This document shows, in pieces, positions 59,205-64,000 of a DNA stretch of 64,000 nt. The stretch is from an uncultured Candidatus Saccharibacteria bacterium (GTDB taxonomy: Bacteria > Patescibacteriota > Dojkabacteria > J137). The notes below the pieces were generated by a model that made no database searches, had not been told where the DNA came from, and was given only the letters and a program-made list of their open reading frames with translations. The translations under genes and the position numbers were made by a program. The stretch is taken from NCBI GenBank assembly GCA_965230975.1, contig OZ246402.1, forward strand, positions 309,304 through 373,303, read 5' to 3'. Within the stretch, counting starts at the first letter, position 1. The number at the start of each line of letters is the position of its first letter.

Positions 59205-59516
59205 ATGATTAAAAAAAAGAAGTCTGTTAAATCAAAAAAGGTTTATTTTTATCAAGATTTTGTATCGCAAGATGAAATTGATTTTCATAAATTTGGGCCA
59301 TTAACTGGTTTTGATATTGAAAAATTGCTGTGTAACTTTTTAGAAGATTGTTATGTTGCAAAACTTGAAAAGGTTTTAGTAATAACTGGAAAGGGTAATA
59401 TAGTAAGACCAGCTGTAAATAAATTGTTAAAACAAAACAAATATGTACAGTCTTTCAAAAGCGCTGGTTACTTTAATGGTCAAAGTGGGGCTTTTGAAGT
59501 TGAGTTGAAAGGTTAG
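59205..59516 (+). CDS. Stand-alone Smr (small MutS-related) domain protein
   Basis: IDFH, VLVITGKG, G.SGAFEV.L. Confidence 0.85.
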   Translation: MIKKKKSVKSKKVYFYQDFVSQDEIDFHKFGPLTGFDIEKLLCNFLEDCYVAKLEKVLVITGKGNIVRPAVNKLLKQNKYVQSFKSAGYFNGQSGAFEVELKG

Positions 59517-60142
59517 GATTCTAATCCTTTTTTTCTCATAATGGCATATGAAATTTTACTTTCAAGTTCATGCAGGAATGCATATCCATTTAAGTTATCT
59601 TTAAATAATTCAGCAGTAACATCATATCTATATTCTTCAGGTGAGCTTTCGTCAATTATAATTTCACTAGTGAAAATATCTCTAAATTTCAAATTTTGCA
59701 ATAAGGCATACAATTCTTCCAAAAACTCTAACTCACAATCGAGTGGAAATAAGTTGATGTACCCTAACAATAATTCGTAGCCTGAATCAGTATTTAAGTA
59801 TTGAATAAATTCAATATAATTTTTTTCTGATGGGTCTTTAGTCAGTCGTTTTAAAGAATCTTCCCAGGATTGGATTTTCAATTTCATTTCATCTGAAAAT
59901 ATTTGCTTCCCATTTGCAAGAACTATTCTTGAATCTAATAGAAGTTTTATTATGCTTTCATCTAATAAAAACGATATGTGGTATTCAGAAACTTGAGGTC
60001 TTACAAGAATTTTTCTAGTTTCATTACATTCCGCTTGTAAGGTATGAATCATCCATCTATTAGCTCTCTTTGTGCCAAAGTTTAATCTTTTTGAAGACTT
60101 ATCGCATTTTCTATCTTTGCCGTTTTCAAATGGGGAATTCAT
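59513..60142 (-). CDS. Hypothetical protein
   Basis: 209-aa helical ORF. Confidence 0.6.
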   Translation of the reverse strand: MNSPFENGKDRKCDKSSKRLNFGTKRANRWMIHTLQAECNETRKILVRPQVSEYHISFLLDESIIKLLLDSRIVLANGKQIFSDEMKLKIQSWEDSLKRLTKDPSEKNYIEFIQYLNTDSGYELLLGYINLFPLDCELEFLEELYALLQNLKFRDIFTSEIIIDESSPEEYRYDVTAELFKDNLNGYAFLHELESKISYAIMRKKGLES

Positions 60143-60143
60143 A

Positions 60144-60716
60144 TTATTCTGCTAAATTAAAATATCTTTTATTAAGTAAATCTGCGAAGTCTTCCCAAGC
60201 TTGCTTCGGAATTAACCTGTCTTCAAAATCAATAAGCTCGGTTACATTAAATAAAGCTTGAATGTCTTGTATACCAAATTGATCGGGGAAAAATAATATA
60301 AGTACAAAAAACTCAAAAAAAGCTTCTTTTGTAAAATTCTCATTTCTGTATAATGCCGCCATTATAGAATCTGAAAGCACGTTCTTGTGGTGAATAAACT
60401 CTTTCAAGTTTGAGATCTTATCATCTATGTTTTCGCTATTAATCATCAAGGCTAATCGATAAGGGCCCATCTCTTGTAAAAGTGAGTCTGGCATTTGGGA
60501 TCGATTTAATTCGTAACATTTACTCTGTAGACTATGTAAAAGCTCCTCTTCATCAATTTCTCTGCCAAATAAACTTTGATAACTAGCTTTGTATAATTGA
60601 TGGCATGAAGGTTTCTCGTTTAAAAAAACTTCATTTCCCGGTCTGGTTTGAACTTCACATACTCTTCCTGAAGGTCTCCAGGCAGAAGAATTGTTACTAA
60701 AAGTTTGTTGACTCAT
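60144..60716 (-). CDS. Hypothetical protein
   Basis: ORF 1 nt upstream of the previous gene; ATG at 60716 preferred because TATAAT overlaps 60740. Confidence 0.6.
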   Translation of the reverse strand: MSQQTFSNNSSAWRPSGRVCEVQTRPGNEVFLNEKPSCHQLYKASYQSLFGREIDEEELLHSLQSKCYELNRSQMPDSLLQEMGPYRLALMINSENIDDKISNLKEFIHHKNVLSDSIMAALYRNENFTKEAFFEFFVLILFFPDQFGIQDIQALFNVTELIDFEDRLIPKQAWEDFADLLNKRYFNLAE

Positions 60717-60869
60717 ATTGTTATTAGAATATGGTGACAATTATACCTCGGGACTTGCGAAATTTTCAATTAGCTTAATTCTTTATAATAGAAAATTACA
60801 AAGCTATAATAATCTTCTTAATAAATTAGTTTCCTATGATATACTTTTTAAGTTTTTAAACAAATAAAT

Positions 60870-61376
60870 ATGAAAACCAAAAATCTAGTTATAATATTAT
60901 TAGTAATCGCAGGTGCAACTTTTTTACTTATTAACCCATCACCCACTGTGAACAACCAAAGAACAAATACATCAACCGCAAGTAATTTTAGTAGCAGATT
61001 AGAATCTAGAAGTGCAGATGAAATTTTAGGAGATACAAGAACTACAGAATTAAAAACAGAAACGATATTAGAACCAACAGACGCTACAAGCAAGCAAGTT
61101 GCTAATGGAGATAGAATATCTGTACACTACAGAGGATGGTTAGCAAAAGATGGAACCGTATTTGACCAATCATTTAATAGAGGGACTACATTTAGCTTTA
61201 CAGTAGGTCAAGGCGTAATACAAGGTTGGAGTTTGGGAGTTGTTGGAATGAGAGTTGGAGAGGTTAGAAGATTAAAAATCCCCGCTGAATTAGGTTATGG
61301 AAGTACCGGTGCTGGAGATTCTATACCCGGAGACTCTGATTTGATATTTGATGTAGAACTTGTTAGTTTTAATTAA
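60870..61376 (+). CDS. Membrane-anchored FKBP-type peptidyl-prolyl isomerase
   Basis: VHYRG.L..DG.VFD.S, VIQGW, IP.ELGYG, LIFDVEL. Confidence 0.95.
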   Translation: MKTKNLVIILLVIAGATFLLINPSPTVNNQRTNTSTASNFSSRLESRSADEILGDTRTTELKTETILEPTDATSKQVANGDRISVHYRGWLAKDGTVFDQSFNRGTTFSFTVGQGVIQGWSLGVVGMRVGEVRRLKIPAELGYGSTGAGDSIPGDSDLIFDVELVSFN

Positions 61377-61395
61377 TTAAACTTACAATAGTACA

Positions 61396-61420
61396 AGAAA
61401 CGGACCAAGCGTCCGTTTCT
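61396..61420 (+). terminator. Hairpin after the FKBP gene
   Basis: AGAAACGGAC-CAAGC-GTCCGTTTCT. Confidence 0.55.
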
Positions 61421-61495
61421 AACTTAATAATTTTCATTAAAAAAAAGATTTTGTTATAAAAATATTGTACACTTAGAGTTGATAATTAAAAGATA

Positions 61496-62131
61496 ATGAA
61501 TACAAATCCTTTTTTTGATCCGGAACCTAAAAAAAAACCAAACTTATTTATAGCATTACTGCAAGGTTTAGTTGTATTAACAGCAATAGTAATAGTTCTG
61601 TATTTGTTTGTAATAACCCCAAGTCAGGTGGACGGGCCATCTATGCAACCTAATTTTTATACTGGTGAATTATTATTAACAAACAGATTAGTTCAGTGGC
61701 TTGGCGCTACAGAGGTTGGAAAGAGCATTGGAGTAGACTACCAAAGAGGGGATGTTGTAACATTTCAAAAGCCAGGATATAGGGAGTTTGTAAAAAGGAT
61801 TTTAGCTTTACCAGGAGATAAAATAGCTGTAAGAGATGGTCATATTTATATTAATAATCAAAGACTAGAAGAAGACTATTTGCCTCCTGCATTGTATACT
61901 AATGGCGGAGATTTTATTGTCGAGGGTGGAGAAAGTATAGAAGTCCCACCAGGTTATTATATCTGTATTGGAGATAATAGACCTGCCAGTAACGATTCAA
62001 GATATGCAGCAATTGGTTTAATAGATAGAGACTGGATTAAAGGAAGAGTGATATTAAGATTTTATCCATTTGAAAAATTCTCCATAATTCCAACCGGAAA
62101 ATATGAATTAGTATTAGAAGATAATGTTTAA
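61496..62131 (+). CDS. lepB: Signal peptidase I, copy 1
   Basis: GPSMQP, RGDVV, FVKRI, GDNR..SNDSR. Confidence 0.93.
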   Translation: MNTNPFFDPEPKKKPNLFIALLQGLVVLTAIVIVLYLFVITPSQVDGPSMQPNFYTGELLLTNRLVQWLGATEVGKSIGVDYQRGDVVTFQKPGYREFVKRILALPGDKIAVRDGHIYINNQRLEEDYLPPALYTNGGDFIVEGGESIEVPPGYYICIGDNRPASNDSRYAAIGLIDRDWIKGRVILRFYPFEKFSIIPTGKYELVLEDNV

Positions 62132-62696
62132 ACCCGAATCAACACTTACAAAATCAATATTGGATTTTATACAAAGCATAATAATTGCGTTAGCTATAGC
62201 TATCTTTTTATATCTATTTGTTGTAACTCCGAGTGAGGTAGAAGGGCGATCGATGGAGCCCAATTTCTATACTGGTGAAAGGTTATATACTAACAGGCTT
62301 ACACACTGGTTTTCAGAAACTGACTTTGGCAAAACACTTGGCTTAACTTACAACAGAGGTGATATTATTGTGTTTCAAAAACCAGGCATGGATATGTTAA
62401 TTAAAAGGATAATTGCATTGCCTGGAGAAACTGTAGAGCTTAAAGACCAAAGATTTTATATAAATGATCAGCTACTAAATGAGCCCTATTTATCTTCGGA
62501 AGTTCTTACTAAAGAAGGTTCTTTTTTAAGAGAGAACCAAAAGTTAACTGTCCCTGAAAACTCGTATTTTGTAGCAGGGGATAATAGACCGGTAAGTAAT
62601 GACTCTCGCTACATTGGATTTATAAAGACGGATTGGATAATAGGCAAGCCTTTTTTTAGAATTTGGCCACTAGATAAGTTTGGCACAATTAAGTAA
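62124..62696 (+). CDS. lepB: Signal peptidase I, copy 2
   Basis: GRSMEP, RGDIIVF, LIKRI, GDNR..SNDSR. Confidence 0.93.
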   Translation: MFKPESTLTKSILDFIQSIIIALAIAIFLYLFVVTPSEVEGRSMEPNFYTGERLYTNRLTHWFSETDFGKTLGLTYNRGDIIVFQKPGMDMLIKRIIALPGETVELKDQRFYINDQLLNEPYLSSEVLTKEGSFLRENQKLTVPENSYFVAGDNRPVSNDSRYIGFIKTDWIIGKPFFRIWPLDKFGTIK

Positions 62697-62756
62697 TACT
62701 TTCCCCTATTCAATTTTTCTGTAATAATAAGAAAATTATATTTTATTTAACATTTA

Positions 62757-63416
62757 ATGTTTAAAAACATAACAATCGTAATCTTGCTGATAATGGTATT
62801 AATACTGGGTGTAACCTCAGGAGTTTTTGGCTATCTATACTTTACCAAAAATAATGAGTATGCTGATTTGCTAGCACGAGCACTAGAAGGTGGCTCTGAC
62901 ATTAGTCCTGCAACTGAAGAAGATTCTGCCACTACACCTACAATCATTACTTTCGAAGACACACCTTTAGATGTCTCATTTAATTATCCATCTACATGGA
63001 GTTTAGCAATGGGTACAAATGTTAGCGAAGATTTTGCATATGAACCTGTGTATGGAAGAATCTTACAAAATTACAAGGCTACTTTAACAAAAGGTACATC
63101 TGTTCTAACATTTGAGAAAAATTTAGGGGCAATAGATGGGTTCCCTAGTTTGGTAGATAAATCCACAGTAGATTTTGTAGAGGTTAGTGGAGATTTAATT
63201 AGATATAAACAACCTGCAGAAACAAAATGGAAGTATGTACAATGGATGAGTTGTGATGACTTTGCAGAGATGTTTGGAAGCCCAGCGGCAACAGAAGTTT
63301 GTTTATCATCTTTTTACCCTGGGTTTGGCAATTGGGCAAACATTGCATACATAAGTGCATCTTCAGAAGCTGATCTTTTAGAGGCAGATCAAATTGTTGT
63401 TTCTGCACTTAACTAA
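62757..63416 (+). CDS. Membrane-anchored PsbP-like protein
   Basis: N-terminal TM, SFNYPSTW, C-terminal DQIVVS. Confidence 0.65.
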   Translation: MFKNITIVILLIMVLILGVTSGVFGYLYFTKNNEYADLLARALEGGSDISPATEEDSATTPTIITFEDTPLDVSFNYPSTWSLAMGTNVSEDFAYEPVYGRILQNYKATLTKGTSVLTFEKNLGAIDGFPSLVDKSTVDFVEVSGDLIRYKQPAETKWKYVQWMSCDDFAEMFGSPAATEVCLSSFYPGFGNWANIAYISASSEADLLEADQIVVSALN

Positions 63417-63430
63417 AATTCAAATAACTA

Positions 63431-63458
63431 CTATAGGTCTTTACCAAAAGACCTATAG
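63431..63458 (+). terminator. Perfect hairpin after 62757..63416
   Basis: CTATAGGTCTTT-ACCA-AAAGACCTATAG; no U-tract. Confidence 0.5.
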
Positions 63459-63480
63459 AGAACTAATATAATAAAGTAAT

Positions 63481-63584
63481 TAAGTGAAGTGGAGTTAAAT
63501 TCTCCCGCTGTGCCGCAACGGTAATGTTTAGATTTTACTAAAACAAGCCCGATCCTTACTTATAAAAACTATCCCGCGCAGGAA
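63481..63584 (+). promoter_or_regulatory. Cobalamin riboswitch aptamer (short, class-II/AdoCbl-variant-like)
   Basis: GAAGTG-GAG-TTAAATT-CTC-CCGCTGTGCCGCAACGGTAA...AAGCCCGA; closing stem TAAGTGA/TTACTTA; P13 TCC-CGCGCA-GGA. Confidence 0.85.
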
Positions 63585-63606
63585 TCATAAGTTAATAATT
63601 TTATGA

Positions 63607-63630
63607 ACTCCTGTGAAGGAGTCTTTTTTT
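63607..63630 (+). terminator. Riboswitch expression-platform terminator
   Basis: ACTCCT-GTGA-AGGAGT-C-T7. Confidence 0.8.
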
Positions 63631-63669
63631 ACCTTGAAAAAGGTGTAATTTATTTTTTATTGTTTGTTT

Positions 63670-64000
63670 ATGGAAAAAAGACCTTCGCAGAAAAACATTT
63701 TGGTTGCAATTTTTGCGGTAATTTTAGTTGGTGTATTAGCGGTTAGTGGTGTTACTTTAAGAAATACAATAACTCAGCAATCACAAGTTCAGGGTGCACA
63801 AATAGTTAATGATCAGGTTTTTGATTTGCCTGTTAAGCTAATACTAAGTAATGATCAAGAAGTTACATATTCCATGAATGCAAATCTAGATGAAACATTA
63901 TTTTCTGTAATTCAAAGGTTTGATCAAAATAATGATGATTTTGCTATTGAATATACCGAATACGAAGGTATGGGTGCATTTATTACTAACTTTAATAATT
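63670..64000 (+). CDS. Membrane-anchored DUF4430 (transcobalamin C-terminal-like) protein, cut by the window edge
   Basis: MEKRPSQKNILVAIFAVILVGVLAV...ETLFSVIQR...IEYTEYEGMGAFITNFN; missing from the ORF track because it has no stop in the window. Confidence 0.72.
   Translation, partial: MEKRPSQKNILVAIFAVILVGVLAVSGVTLRNTITQQSQVQGAQIVNDQVFDLPVKLILSNDQEVTYSMNANLDETLFSVIQRFDQNNDDFAIEYTEYEGMGAFITNFNN

Noticed and set aside
2481-63408. Short antisense or alternate-frame ORFs in the track (e.g. 2481, 5892, 12373, 12548, 16030-16936, 20357, 20493, 27056, 28867, 29147, 32037, 33356, 40967-41484, 42436, 45887-47285, 48239, 49812, 50969, 51335, 53028, 53853, 54378, 57451, 58623-59174, 59541, 60070, 60848, 63199)
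   Set aside because: They lie within or opposite well-supported genes and show no motifs; most likely shadow ORFs
1-64000. Alternative genetic code (TGA = Gly, as in Gracilibacteria/Absconditabacteria)
   Set aside because: Conserved genes are uninterrupted under code 11, and TGA ends genes such as map and rpiB at the expected positions
1-64000. CRISPR array, integrase or transposase, prophage, DGR or retron
   Set aside because: I saw no regularly spaced repeats and no recombinase, reverse transcriptase or phage structural genes

Overview
AT-rich bacterial chromosome segment in genetic code 11 (TGA is used as a stop codon, Trp is TGG). It has Patescibacteria/CPR hallmarks: rpmD (L30) is missing from the spc cluster, there are almost no Shine-Dalgarno motifs, and it encodes DUF4012, DUF2207 and many single-TM surface proteins. 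Dojkabacteria (WS6) is my best guess for the lineage (inference only). Core content: greA, uppP, rpiB, dnaG, rpmH, rplS, rnhB, a stand-alone fusA, tRNA-Leu(TAG), truB, tuf followed by the S10-spc cluster through secY-map, sufC plus a distant short SufBD-domain gene, recO, htpX, typA, an FKBP and two signal peptidases I. Accessory content includes two large Cys-rich surface proteins, a DUF6922/AbiEii toxin-antitoxin pair, an ORF6N pseudogene and many ORFans. Most interesting signals: (1) a class-II-like cobalamin riboswitch with a complete terminator/antiterminator platform in front of a DUF4430-like gene at the window end; (2) an EF-Tu whose guanine-specificity motif NKxD reads NRFK and whose switch I is rewritten; (3) a 16S helix-21 (S8-binding site) mimic directly upstream of rpsH, inside an spc cluster broken up by internal promoters; (4) structured leader or small-RNA candidates upstream of tuf and at 54.55-54.63 kb; (5) recurring leaderless promoter architecture. 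All calls were made by eye, without database searches.
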